Origin: Chromera velia
Lineage: Eukaryota
Reading direction: 5' to 3'
Assembly: GCA_018398765.1 (NCBI GenBank)
Contig: JAHBMJ010000014.1
Location: forward strand, 1-59,195
DNA: 59,195 bases
In this document: positions 13,264 to 26,332 of the stretch, in pieces
How positions within the stretch are numbered: the first letter of the stretch is position 1
Layout: each line of letters starts with the position of its first letter
The notes under the pieces: model-generated
Told to the model about the DNA's origin: nothing
Databases searched by the model: none
What the model saw: only the letters and a program-made list of their open reading frames with translations
Program-made: the position numbers and the translations under genes

Positions 13264-16200
13264 GCACGTATGCACTCATCCTCTGTTGCGAGAATTCCCG
13301 AAAGACCGAAAACGAATGAATCAGATCGTTCAAAGGAGCACTGTCATGCAAGGATGTCTGCTAAAAAGGAGACACAGTTGGAGCTGCCGTGAAAAGAAAG
13401 TCCGTCAATTCTCCAGACGCGACAAATAGGAGCCTTCCAGTGGCGCAAAAAAAACAAAAACGAACATTTTGTGGCCAGGGAGAGAGACCGAGAGGGCCAG
13501 TGAGTCAGGTCGACAACAAGAAAGTGGGGGATTATGACCAAGACGGTGGAAAGGCAGACAGAAAGAAGAGAATAAAGACGACAAAGAAGACGGAAAGGAA
13601 AGGAAAGGAAAGGACAGGAAGGGAAAGGAAAGAGGAAAGAGACGCTCACGTCCAGCCGCGGCCGCCCTGGAGCGGTCGTGTTGTCGCACACAGCGCCATC
13701 TGGCGCCTCCGTCGTGACCGCGCCCCCCCCTGTCTGTGGGGTGACCCTGACGAAGATGTCGTTATCCCTGAGGGGTCTCTTCGGAAGTTCGTTTTCATGA
13801 GTGGGGGGGCTCTCCGTTCTTGCCAATGGATCGTCTCCCGTGAACTGCCCCTGGTAGGAACGGGAAGAGAAGAGCTCCAGCTGGGGAATAATCTCACCTG
13901 CTGCCGTTTCACTAATGCAGAGGTAGGTGACCCTACCGAAGAATTGGAGCGTGTTGATTCCGAGTTTCTCCGCGACGTCGAAATCATCAGGAAGTCCGAA
14001 TATCTCCTTCATCTCATCTGCCGTCTCGTTGAGGAAGTCGGTGTCAATGGGCGGTGTCCTTCCCTCCCCGCAGCCGTCATTGTCGAATTGCAGTCGAGGA
14101 TCTGTCTCCAGGTTGACTGTGCAGGAAGTGTCACTGCCGCAGGGGAAGGAGATGAGACGGCGGATGTCCACCTGGCAGTCCGTCCGGAAAATCGTGCCCT
14201 CCACCACCACCGGGAACTCTCCGGTTTCGCAGGCGAAGGGAACGTTAAGCTGTTCGTCGCTGAACGCGTTCTTCTGAATGGCAAAGAGAGGATCTGCGGG
14301 GGGGAATCGGACCTGGACCTCGAAGGGTTCCTCGTCGATCCCTGCAGGCAGGCAGGCAGGCAGGAGGAGAAAGAGAGAGAGGAGGGATAAAGCGAGAGAA
14401 GACGGGGGCTGTGGGGGGTAGAAAGAGGTGAGGGAAAGTGAGAGACAGAGGCCGAAAGAAGGCTGTCACACCTTCCTTGTCGTACGGCAGAAATGACGAC
14501 AGGCACCAACGGACAGGCACAATCAGTGAATGAGTGGCAGCAACGGAAGCGGACGATGTGGTTGGGCCTTGTACTGTCCCTTTCCTCCCTTCAGGACAAA
14601 AGCCCACCCCCCCACTGACCCGATCGCAAGCATCCGAGCACGTCCACCTCAATGTTGCTGAACGCCTGGCGCAACTGCAAGGGAATAAAAGAGAACAGAA
14701 CAGAACGTAGGAGGAGCGAAAAGAAAAGAGTACATCGAAGCAAGCGCGAAAGCTGTCTATCCCAGAATCAATCGAGTGATCGATTTCCTGCAAAGAAGAG
14801 AAGCACTTGCTGCAAAACAGCCATCCCACTCCGCTGACGAAGCTTCTCCACTCCCTTCCGAAGCGAATCAAATGGCGACAAAAACAAATGCTCTCCGTCT
14901 TTCACACAGACTGTCTGAAGAGGCATGCAAGCTACGTCAGATGATGTATCGCAACTCTCTCGCGAATGCACGCGAAACTGCAAGGAGAGAAGCTGCCGAA
15001 GGGGACTTCCAAATAGGCAGACCTTCTCTTTGAGGTCGTTGACAATCTCCTCAAGGACTTCCTGAATGACTTCGAGGAAGTCGAGGAAGGTGAAGTCGGG
15101 GAACGGGAGGGGGATGTTGATCAGGTCGTCAGGAAAGTCGAAGACCTCAAGGATGAACTCAATCAAGAGGTCGATCAGCTGCAGCCATGCAAAGCGAGGA
15201 AAGAAATGATGAGGAGAACGAGGCTCCGGGCCTCCCTTTCACAGAACCCGAAGCTGCCCTTCTAGAACGAGAAAAGGAGGGGACGGAGAATTACAACGCG
15301 TCGTTCATTTCCCCTCCCCCAGTGCCATCTCCCCCAATTCGACACTCCGTCACACGAAGATAAATGAATGAATCCACTCGATGATCGCATTCACGTCATC
15401 AGACCCTCCCTACTCAATCAAGCGTCCGGAAGGCCATTCCATCCGACTCCACCGACCGACCTCGCCGCACGTGTTGATCCCGTCAAGTCCCGGGATGAGA
15501 GCGGCGATCAGTTTGCAGACGACGTCCAACAGCTTATCGATCAGATTCCCCAAAAATTCGAGGAACTGGAGGTTCAGGTCCAGCTCCTCCAGCCTCAAGG
15601 TGATCTCGAGGATGAAGTCGATGATCCCGATGTCGAACAGGTTGTCGAAGAACCTAGAGAATCTGCAACTAGCCAGAGACAAGCACTCAATCGATCCGAA
15701 AGAGGACTGACTCATCACAGCATGAGCATTCAGGGACGTTTCAAAAAAAAAAAAAGAGAGAGAAACTCTGCATGAATGCAGAGGGCTGAGCAAGCATGAA
15801 GGGTCCAACAGACCTCGGGAAAGGAAATACACAGTGGTGAAGAAAAAGCGTCAAGAGAGGCCGAGAGAAGCGGATCCAGTCAAGAACGGCATACGAAGAG
15901 CAGGCTGACGTTGCCCACTTCCCCCTCCCCTTTCAACACACTCTTCTGATAGCACACGAACCTTTCAAACCACGCCTCGATGAGCTCGTAGGCCCTCTGG
16001 AGGAATCCGAAATTCAGCGAGAAGATGCTCTTGTACAGGTTGTAGTTGAACTGCAACACGGGCTTGCAAGGCAGGCATGCGTCAGGGCACTCGCCCGCCA
16101 GCGTCTCGACCCGGCATTTTGACGAGCAGCGGAAGCAGAAGCCAACACGTCAACGTCCATACACCTCTCATTCCGAATGAGACGCACGGGACGACTGACT

Positions 16201-19200
16201 GTGTTTTGATGGGTGCATGTCGTGTGGGCACTTCGGTGGGGTGAGGGACTCTTGCACGCACTGACAAATACCAATTTCTTCAATTATCTGTCTGTACATG
16301 TAAACATCTACTTGCAGACAGACCTCCACTCGCTGCAATCATGCAGCCCCCCCCAACGTACCTCCAGGATATCGATCTGCGCGTTCATCACTGGGGCGAT
16401 GCTCGTAGTGCACGGGGACCCTGCAGACTCGGCCTCCAGCTGCGTCACGTTGGCCCTCAACTCCGCGAAGACTGCGATGTTCGGGTCGTCGTCAGTGTTC
16501 TGGAGCATGCGACGGAGAGCCTCCTTGACGGTGGGGACTCCTGCAAGTGCATGGGAGGGGGGAGGGGGGGGGGCAGAAGGAGATCTGTCGACTCATTGCC
16601 TTGGGCACAGCCGGAAAATCTGTGCATGCACGCGTTTGATGTCATCGCATAGAGTGACTGTCTCATGGTGCGAGTCCGTGAGAGGCCAGAGGAGAGGAGA
16701 GGAGAGGAGAAGAGAGGCAGGAGAGGAGAGGAAAGGAAAGGAGAGAAAGGAGAGGAAAGGGTCGAGAGGGAAGAGGCAGGCGTACCCTCAGTGCGACGGC
16801 GTTTCTTCAGCGTTTCTCTCTCGGCGGCCTCCTTGGCCTCCTGCTCGCGGTGAAGTCTGTATAAATGCAGAGAGAAAGGTAGGCAGGCAGAGGGGATGAC
16901 AGGTGAGAGCAGTGAGTGAATCGATACACACGCGACCTGAAGAAAACTGAGTGGAGTGCAAGCAGACAGAAGAGCGGCAAAGTCAGAAAGAAGCGAGAGG
17001 CCGGTCGTTGATTCTTTCATTCATTCTGGCGTGCGTACACATGTTCGTTTTCTCCGTCTGCAATTCGCCCCCTTCCATGCAGAGCCTCCAGCGAGCATTT
17101 TCCGGGGGGCGCTGAATCCTTCCTGCCGTCATTCACGTTTTTGGTTCGGAATCCTGCCTGCCTGGAGATCCCCATGCACTCACCCCTTCCTGGCTCCCTG
17201 CTTGACTGACTGACTGACTGACTCTGCGAGTTTGCGTTTCTCTCCCTCCCACCACTCTTGCTCCTCCTTCTCCCAGTCTGCCCGCGTGGGGAACGGCACC
17301 GCCTCAGAGAGGGTCCGTCCCTTCACAGTGAAGGTCCCATTTGTGTATTTCTCTTTGCCTTCTTCTCTGAGAGAACGGCGGAGGGCCTCCGACCGAGGCA
17401 GAGAGGACCCCTCTGCAACCCCCAGGGAAGCCGCCCGTGCCTCTCTGAAGTCTCTCTGGGCTGTGCGGAGGAGCCGCTTGACCCCCAGCATTTGTGTTCT
17501 CCGAGCGCGCCTCTGAGTCAGTTTGCGCTTCCTGTCGTGGTCCCCCTCCTCCATCTTCTGCATCCTATAGACCTCAAACAGCGAGGGCTCCCCCGTGTCT
17601 GCAGCCCCAAAGTTGACGTTCTCGAACAGCCGTCGGCCAGCATCCTCAAAATCCAATCCACCTGCTGGTCTCGCACTGCTGCCCCCTTTCCCCTTATTCC
17701 CTCCAGGTTCTCCCGTCTCCTTCGAGAGCCGACGACGCCGAGAGCCCCCAAAGATCTGACGGAAGTCAATGAACTCGACGGGCACCGGGAGTCCCACAGG
17801 ATCGGGGGTCACGACGGTGTCTGCACCCGTGCACACACCATTCCTCAATCAAGTTCGTGATTGGGGAGTACCTTAAAACAATGGGATGCATTCATATGTT
17901 CGCAAAACTTTGAGAAACACACGCGCATTGACAGAGGACAAGAAATCAGAAAGTCTGCCGAACAAATTTGCATGTCTGCTGGTGCCATGCCCTTTCCCCC
18001 CTCTCCGCAGTCGTCCAACCCCACTCGTCTCATTCTTCCCTCACCTTAGCCTCTCACTCACTCACTCACTCACCCACCCACCCTCACTCACTCACTCACT
18101 CACTCACAAGCACTTCCCTCTTTCAACTCTCCCTCTTCTAGCTGCCCTCCTCTTCTGACCTGACTCGAAGAACCTATTGGTCCTCTGAGAGAGGTTGTTG
18201 ATTGCGCTGTTGGAGGCTGTGCAGGAGAAGAATCGGAACGCCTGACCGAGGGCGATCTGCTCACAACATCCATGCAGAGAAAGACGAAAGACACAGCTAG
18301 AAGGAAGGCACAACACCCAGATTTGAAAGAGATGCTACACGAGAAGACGAGCAGTCGCTCTGACACGCTGTCAAGGACATCCAGGTGACCTCATGCTTCC
18401 TCTGTTTACTGGACAGCTGTGGACTACAAACGAAACGCGAGAAGAGAGCTAGTGCGACAGTTTGTAACAACGCACGAGAAGCATGCAAAGGCAGGAAGGC
18501 AGCAGAGGCACAGAGAAACAAGAGAGATGAAGCCATCAATGAGGTTCAAAAATATGCGCATGCAGTGGATCAAAGGACGGATGGAAAACGAAAATGCCGC
18601 ACAGCTTTGAGGAGCTCACTCCTTCGGTGTTCGAGCAGACCGACCGTCGCATACCGAATGTACTTGATCAGGTCGCCTGCATGCATGCACCGATCGGCGG
18701 ACGGAGACAAACGGCAGTCCAACGTGAATGAACTCTTCGTGTCTTCCTTTTTTCTTTTTTGCGACTTTTCTTTTCCTGCTTCGTTGAGTTTACGGATGAA
18801 GGGACAGATTGACATGCACACGTTGATTCAAGCAGTGCTGGGTGGGTTCCTCAACGCACATGCAGAGGAAAGGAGAAGAAAATCAGACGAGACGCCACCC
18901 CCATGCAGGTTTAGAGAGCGCATGTAGGAGCTTGAATGAATGTACCTCAGTACAACTCCATTGCTTTTCCGTGTTCTTCTCGCCTGCCTGCCTCCTTGCC
19001 TGCCTGCCGACTGACCAACCGTTGATGAACATGAGGATCTTCACAAACCACCTCCAGAAACCGCTCTGGCAGGCGTTGGCGTACAGCTCCATCACCTGCA
19101 TGGGCGCGTGCACAGAGAGAGGGAGACGGACTCGGAGGCAGGCAGGAAGACAGGAAGGCGAACACTAAAATCTTGGAGCAGAGTGGAAAGACAGCAATAA

Positions 19201-20334
19201 AACCTTTCCGCGAGTGAGGATTGATAGGATGGCTCTCTCTTAACAGAATAGAAGGTAAAACAAACCGTCGATCGATCCCCCTTCTCACATAACATAACAT
19301 GACATGACATGACATTCAGAGAGTGAGAGACCTTCTGATCTGATCTAATCTGATATAGGGAGGTTGCCGCAAGGGGGGGGGGGAGCATCGTTCGTAGTGG
19401 TGCTGCGGAAATCAGGCAAGGCTCTGATAACCCCCTCCACAAAGATTTCTCTGTGTTTTGTCTGTCTTTGTCAGCTCATTCACTCATTGCTCTCTCTCTC
19501 GTTCATCCATTTTGTTCTTCAGGGGCGGGAAAAATTGAAAAAGCCGCATGCATGAGCGGCATTGAAAAATAATTGAATGCATAAAGAAATCACAGAAAAC
19601 AGACAGAGAGAGAAAGAGCGGCTGACATCTTCAGGCGGTACTCGAAGAATTCGAAAGAACCGTGTGAGGGCCTGCGCCACCCTGGACAGTCCCGTCCCGA
19701 CAACCCCAGGAACAAGCCGCGAGAGCCTCCTGAGAGTTACACCCGAGTTAATCAGTCGGCCGATCTCTCTGAATTTACTGTTTTTCTGCATCCATACACG
19801 GGGGGAGGAGAGGTCGATCAGTGAGGAAGTACATGCAGCTGATATGTCAAAGGAGGAAAGGGGGGAAAAGGGAGAAATGGAAAGAAAGGCAACAAGCGGA
19901 CAGGGAGGGGAGGGGAAGGGAGGAGAGGAGAGAGAACCGATCGCATGCAATGGGTTGCGGACGAGACCGAACGAAAGACTGGAAGAGAGAGAGAATGTGA
20001 AAGACGGGGAGCGGACTCGGAGAGAGGGACATGAATTCATTCTGTGCGGCACTTTGCGCGGGGAAAAAAAAAAAAGGTCGGATGAGATGACGCTGTCCCG
20101 CGTGTCGATCGACTGACGCACGCACGCCCAGGCTGCCCGGACGGACCGACTTACCGAGGAGAACGCCGCATTGGTTCCTCTGCTCCTGCTGCTTTCGACG
20201 GTGTTTCCCCTGCTGTTCTGGTTGTTGTACTGGTTGTTGCCGTCCCTGTTCCGATTCTGCAGGCAGGCAGACAGGGAGACAGGCAGGCAGGCAGGGGCAA
20301 CAGCACCACACTCATTCGTTAGACGATCTTCTAC

Positions 20335-20408
<74 letters not shown>

Positions 20409-22006
20409 GGAGAGAGAGAAACGGAGAGAGAGGGGGAAAGGGGCGGTAGAGATCGCCATCTCTTCTTTTCTGATCGCGTCGCTCCCCCTCGAGACAGACC
20501 CCTCCGTTTTGCTCTACCGGCCCTCGGGGGGGTCGTCTCGTCTCGTCTCTTTTCGCACAGAAAGAAAGAAAGGGGACTTTACGAGTGGTTTGATGCAGAT
20601 CGGACATTGGAAGGAAGAGGAAATGAAGACACCGCCGGCCGGAGAGGGAAGGAAGCGGTGGGTTTCACCAGATGTCTGAATTAATTCAACCGAGTCTGTC
20701 TGTCTGTGCATGGGCGTTCTCTCCCTCGGAGGGGAAAATTGAATCCCTCTGAGCTTCTTGCTTGCATGGAATTGCAGTCACGTCTCTCTTTTCAATTGAG
20801 CACCACGAAATCTAGAGCAGGCGAGAGAAGAGAAGAGAAGAAGAGAGGCATGTAACGAAGGTGCTGCATTGCCCCATTCCATTGCAAGCCCTTCCAGGCA
20901 GAGAGCCTGTCCTGCAGTGAACCTGAAAAACTGAGATTATCGACCCGTGCACCGTGGGATTTGTTCTCTTTTGCTTGCGCACTTTTACTCACTTATGTAC
21001 TTACCGAATCTGCGTCGTCGCTCCGAAAGAACCTGCAGAGTCCCGGGCACTTTCGGCCAGAGCCCACCTGAAGCTTTCCCCGTCCGCTGCTCCTGTCCAC
21101 GTTTCTCCCAAATCTCTGCATGCATGCACGCATGCAAGCAGACCGCATCATCCATCCTGTTATTTGCTTTGCTTTGCTTTGCTTTGATTCACCCTGGGGT
21201 TATGAAGGGACTGGAAGGTTCAATGTAGAGTCAACGATCGGTCCGAGCACATGCGCGAGAGGACGGAAAAGCGGGGGGGGTAGCTGTTCGTCCTGCTCGT
21301 CCATCCCTTTCCATGACGATAAATAACTCCGAGTCGACATCCACTTACCGAGACTGAGGTCTTCAGTTGCCTCGCCTGTCCAGGAGTGATGCGAGTAAAC
21401 GTCGCCCCCCCCCCCCCATNNNNNNNNNNATTGTCCCCCTGCAGGCGACGACGGTCTCCAATGTCGGCGTCTCCCTCGGAGAGCCGCCTTGCGATCGTTA
21501 CGACCGTTGTATCCATTTCGGTGGTCGCGTCCTCGATTTGGCCGCTCACGGTGTTCGGCGTGGGAGGCGGATTGGCCATGCAGGGGGGCTGCAGGGAGCA
21601 GCACAACAACATGCAAGCACATGCATGCAGTGGAGCAGAATAGACTCCTTCCGGCCATCATTTGTCAGCGAGAAGTCAGCACGTAAGTAAGTAAGCAGGG
21701 GTGGACGGACAGGACTTCAAACGCCAAAAAAACAAAAAACAGAGAGAGATTCAGAGAGGCAGGCGGATCCAGCCTCAGCCAGGCCCCCAGCTTTTGTTTT
21801 CACACAAGAGAGCGTAAGGAAGTGACTGAGCGAGCTGGTAAAAGGTAGAGAGAGGGACAGAGAGGGACAGGAAGGGGGGGGCAAAAGCAGCGACTCAGAC
21901 AGCGGGGAAAACATACACACTCACACACACACACACACACACAGCAGCACACAGCAGCACACATACACCCATACACTCACACTCACACTCACTCCCACTC
22001 TCACAC

Positions 22007-22038
<32 letters not shown>

Positions 22039-22100
22039 GACACCCACACACACACTCACACTCACTCTCTCACTCACTCACTCACTCACTCACTCACACA

Positions 22101-22134
<34 letters not shown>

Positions 22135-22176
22135 ACACCACACCACACCACACCACACCACACCCACTCACACCCA

Positions 22177-22228
<52 letters not shown>

Positions 22229-23820
22229 ACCAAACACACACACGCACGCGCGGAGAGAGAGGAAGCTATGGAGAGGAGAACAGACAGACAGTTACTGGCA
22301 AAGTATCACCACCAGCATTTTGATTGTTTCCTGTTCTCCCGGCGAGTCTCTGTGCCCGGATCCTCAGTTTGGTAGCGACTTTCCGTGACACCCTTGAATA
22401 AGTTCTCCGAAAGTTGATGAAAGTTGAAACCCCCGGGATGAACGTCCGCACCATCTCGGCGCCCAGGAGGCTGGTAGTGTCAATGTTCGCACCCGCATCG
22501 GGGCAAATATTGAAGGCGAAACCCAACAGCACCAATTCTATGACTGAAGATTTCATCACATGCATGAATGCAGAACACAAACAAACAAACAAAAACGAAG
22601 AGAGTATTCACAGACAAAAACGACACACGGAGGCGCGCAGATTCATTCTCACAATGTCTCTACAGAAGGGAAGGGAAGGCCATCAGAAGGGCAGGAAAGA
22701 GTGCCTGTCGCCTGAACAGAGGGAGGTCTGAAAGGAATGTCTTCCTTCCTTCCATGCAATCGAAAGGAAGTCAGCCAGACATTTCATTTCCAACCAACAG
22801 ACTGAATGAAACATTTATGCATCCCGCCCTCTCTCCCTTCCTGTCTCCTTTTGTGGGCTTTGTCTGAATGTGTGTTAAGCTGAGTCACATTCGGTACAAA
22901 CACCCCTTTATGTGAAGCATTGCAACGATCGGCATTTCGCGGCTACTCCTGCTGCTACTGCAGCTATTATTGAAAGCCACGGCTGATGATCATTGCAACC
23001 GTAGAACCCTTTGCGCACGCGTATCTAAGTACAAACAAACATGGAATGTAAACAAAACGCCTGGATACATGCGAACACACCTACCTACCCTACCTGAGAA
23101 GAGCGTGTTGTATCCGAAAAACCCCCTCTGTGCGAGGTTCGTCTCGAAAGTGGGGCCCAGGGCGTCGAGAAAGTCGTTGAGACTGTCCGTATCCTCCGCC
23201 GTCGACGCCTGCAGGATCGAAGTCACAAAGGACGCCAGCAGCGCCTCCCCAGGGTTTCCGAAGACGGCCCTGTTGAGTGTAAGGAAGATCTGATCTGGCT
23301 CTGTGAACACTTTGCTGATAAACGAACTCGTCCGGCTGAATCCCAAGGCGTTCCTGCATCATCATTGCCAGGGAGGATCCAGGAAGGGTTGAAAAGACCA
23401 CAGAAGAAGAGACAAGACAAGAGAAATGAGGGTGGGTGCCGCACGGAAGCTTCCCTGGGGATGGTGGCTAGCTGTTCTTCAATCCGGGCCTTCTGCGTCG
23501 AACCTGCCGTAGAGAAAAGAACGAGTTCAGCCGGATGCATTAGGAAGGAAACGAATACGCACCGGTCAAATATTGATATGCGAGAAACACACCAGACAAG
23601 GAAACGCTGAGTGAGCTGACTGGAGTCGTTCTTCCACGATGAAGAGATCGCGTCCCCCCGGTGGATCGATGGTTTCTGGAAAGAAACGGTCTCTGCGCTC
23701 ACAGTTGAACAACGCACCCAGAAATTCTTCTGACTGTTCCTCTTCCTGCCCACAACAAAAGCTCAGCAAGCCACTGAGCACAAGAAGAGCTCCGATTACC
23801 AGCCTCTTTATTCGAGTCAT
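1..23820 (-). CDS. Giant multi-exon secreted/surface protein (3' end outside window): signal peptide, helical N-region, TSP1-like, ephrin-receptor-like Cys-rich, LNR-like and HYR-like repeats
   Basis: ATG at 23820 gives MTRIKRLVIGALLVLSGLLSFCCGQ (signal-peptide-like). About 30 protein-like minus-strand blocks are bounded by GT/AG and microsatellite introns, e.g. ~23093-23352, ~17222-17860, ~13650-14342, ~11555-12546, ~9321-9701, ~4232-5546, ~3062-3379, ~1020-1333, ~140-388. I found no clear terminal exon, but not every junction was phased, so this could be more than one gene. Confidence 0.65.
140..5420 (-). other. HYR-like (hyalin/Ig-fold) tandem repeat region of the giant protein
   Basis: At least 7 units with the pattern (A/S)TDxAGN...VxDxxPP: WTATDPAGNTGTVSQNFFITDTTPP, STSDLAGNTATVKVVLVVADDVPP, VTDPGNNTVTYTETTNVKDEDPP, VSDLAGNLLQGSQQVTVLDDIAP, AADAAGN, AKDPAGN, STDRSGNENSASQSVSVEDTVPP. 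Confidence 0.75.
5470..5910 (-). other. LNR/Notch-like Cys-rich module split by an intron
   Basis: Spliced translation IGNGICDDDLNYPELPCDWDG|GDCCPSTC matches the GNGxCDxxxNxxxCxWDGGDC pattern of LNR repeats. Confidence 0.75.
8441..9701 (-). other. Ephrin-receptor-like / GCC2-GCC3-type CxxCPxG Cys-rich repeats
   Basis: CIPCQLNYF..CVPCPEGS..CSLCAEGLF..CEECPEGQF..CELCPLSSF..CFPCEAGF, with GTFASQEASAECTPCPPGTANPSVGEHYCTVC in a downstream exon. Confidence 0.8.
11555..11740 (-). other. TSP1/spondin-like Cys-rich module
   Basis: PVDCSITKFTVDSECNGVQPGQCFQECTRAPYFFDQFALRTAFCRDL resembles the VDC..SEC..C..R..C framework of spondin-type TSP1, but lacks the Trp residues. Confidence 0.4.
21913..22250. 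repeat. Long compound (CA)n/(CACT)n/(CACAC)n/(CT)n microsatellite in an intron
   Basis: Directly visible. It is the largest of many intronic microsatellites in the window. Confidence 0.95.
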
Positions 23821-24743
23821 GTCAGCAAGCGAGAAATTGAAAGAACAACAAGTGCTGAGAATGGAGACGGCAAACCAAACTGTCGTCTCAGATCTTTTTC
23901 CGATTTCACCCCGATCTGCGTCAGATGCGATGCTCTCCTCTTCTTCCCTTGAAGCTGAAAGCTGCGCGGTGTTTTTTACATTCACAAGACTTTAATACAG
24001 CGGCTCGTCGGGGTCATGACCCAATTAAAGAAGTCTGCCAAGCTACAGGTTACTTCTCCATGCGGGCGATCGAGGGATCTGGTCTCTCTGCCCTCAGATT
24101 CCGCACCTTCAGACGGCTCTAATCGAGGACACAAAGAAAAACTTTTCCGAGCTGACAGGCAAAAAGAGGGATGGCCTCCCGATCAAACAGTCCAGGGGTC
24201 ATGAAATGGCAGAGCAGAGGAGAGCAGATACAGCGACTCAGCATATCTCAGCAACTCTCAGATTTTTTTTTTTTTTACTCTCAGATACTCTCAGCATTGG
24301 GGATCATTGGGGCAAGCCGGGATGCGCGCGTCAGGCCCGCGGGACCTACCAAAAATATTTCGGCCTTAATTATGATTTCACAATTAAGACGGCCGCGCGG
24401 CCCGCGCGGCCTGCGGGACCGACCATGCATGCGGGACGTCAAAGGCTTAGCTCGGTCGGCCGCGCATCTTTCGCGAGACTGCTATAGAAGAGTTGAAGAG
24501 TTGAAATTGAAAAGTCTTTTTACGCTTCAATGTGTAGCAACGCACGGAACTGCTGTTCCTCTTGCCCGCAAATCACATTCATTTCTATCACGATCCCTCC
24601 TTTCTCCTTCGAATTCTCCTGTTACGAAGCATCGCTGGGAACCTGACGCTGCTCCATAGCTTATTGATCAATTAAGACCTTTTCAAGCGACAAGCCGATC
24701 CAGTTCCCTCCTGTGCCAACGATCTTCTCTTGTGACTCCCGAA

Positions 24744-26332
24744 ATGAAGGTGTTCAGCGTCATCGCATCGGTCTGTTTGGGCAGTGCGGTTGCTCAACAG
24801 TCGGTTTCCACAATCGACGCCCGAGAGGGCAACCTCTCCCTCGAGCACTCCTGCACGACTGGTGAGCTTATCTCGACCCTCCTTCCTCCCACATCACCAC
24901 CTGCACTCGTATCAACCATGCATCATGCATCCCCGCCCTCCCTGTGTGACTGCTGTGCTGCAGGTGTGAACAACCGTCAGAGCATGGTGGCCTACCTGAT
25001 GCAGAGCCTGCAGGACTTTGAGGAGGGCACCGCCGGACAGCCGTACACCTTTGTCTTCACGTCAGTCACATGCCCTCCCTATCTACGTGGGACATTGCCG
25101 TCTCCCCGTCTCCCTCCCACACAAAGCCTTCAGTCGACTTCCTTCCAACCTTTCAAAATTTCGCTCCATCGCGTGCCTCCTTGACTCCAGACATGAAGTC
25201 ACTTTGGTCTCAGCACACCAAGGCTTCCCTCTTTCCACCTTCTCTTCTTCGTTTCTCTACACACTGGTCTTTCAATTGACTCCGTCTACCAACCCTTTCA
25301 CATTTCCTCGCCAAACTCGACTTCTGTCTGTCTGTCCGTCTGTGCAGGTACGAAAAGGACGGCACTCAATACTGCCCCAAGAGACTCACCGTCGTGGATG
25401 ACAGAGTCGCCGCCGTCTCCAGCGTGTCTTCCTCTACCTCTGACACCCAGACCGACTCCCCCTCTGCTTCCGCGTCCCCTGCCTGCACTGAGCAAGCGGA
25501 CTCCGAGTACATGCAGATGACAGTGCCTGCCATCCTCAACCACATGCTGGCTGCTTCCGAGACCGCCTACAGGGTCTGTTGGGACTCAGCCACCAACGTA
25601 CAGACAGGAGAGAGGTCCTCTCGGGGATTTATCTCCCAGTCCAGCGAGAACGAAAAGGATGCCATCGCATTTGCTATCGATAACATCTCACCTCACACTC
25701 CCCAGAGCCAGGAGGAACAGGGACAGGCAGAAGCCCAAGAGGAGCAACCTGCGTCCGAGCCTCAGGGTACGACTTCAACTTCCACCCCCAATCTGAGAGG
25801 CTCTCCGTCCCCGGCTTCTACTGCGTCGGGCAACAGACGCCGACTTGAGTGGTGGCCTGCCGTTACTGGCGGTGTTGCGGGTGCACGTGCTGGGAATAAC
25901 TCCTACACTACAGCGGGGGGCGCGGCTCGCGGAGCTGCCAGAGGGGCGGCGCGGGGTTGCGTGTCTGGAGCCATCTGGGATGGGACCTGTGGCACCGGTG
26001 CGTTTGTTTTTTTTCTCTGCTGCATTTTTTGTTTCGCCTTGTATATCTTTCAGTGAGTGACGTTCACAACGGTTGGGTCATTGTGTCTCCTGAGTACTTT
26101 CAGAGATCGATCATGTATCATTGTTCCTCACTTCCTTCCTCCCTTTCTTTTCTTCCCTCCTTCCTGCCGCTGTTTTCCCAGTCTCCATCATTCGTTTGTA
26201 TTCCGTACTCTGTTCCTTCCTCTAATCTTCGTCCTGCTGTATCGTTTACTCCCTGCAGGTGCTGCCGAAGGGGCAACGACCGGAGCTGTGGCAGGAGGGA
26301 TCGCTGGAGGGAGTGGGCCCTACTACAGATAA
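24744..26332 (+). CDS. Secreted 312-aa precursor with RRRL site and C-terminal glycine-zipper peptide
   Basis: Exons 24744-24861, 24964-25060, 25348-25997 and 26259-26332 have canonical GT..AG ends and compatible phases (939 nt). N-terminus MKVFSVIASVCLGSAVAQ is signal-like. C-terminus is RRRL-EWWPAVTGGVAG...GAARGAARGAARGCVSGAIWDGTCGTGAAEGATTGAVAGGIAGGSGPYYR. Confidence 0.85.

Noticed and set aside
21420..21429. Apparent disruption of exons here and at 51693-51714
   Set aside because: These are assembly N-gaps next to homopolymer G/C runs, not evidence of pseudogenisation.
21895..22077. Poly-CV, poly-HT and poly-RE peptides in many track ORFs
   Set aside because: They are translations of intronic dinucleotide microsatellites.
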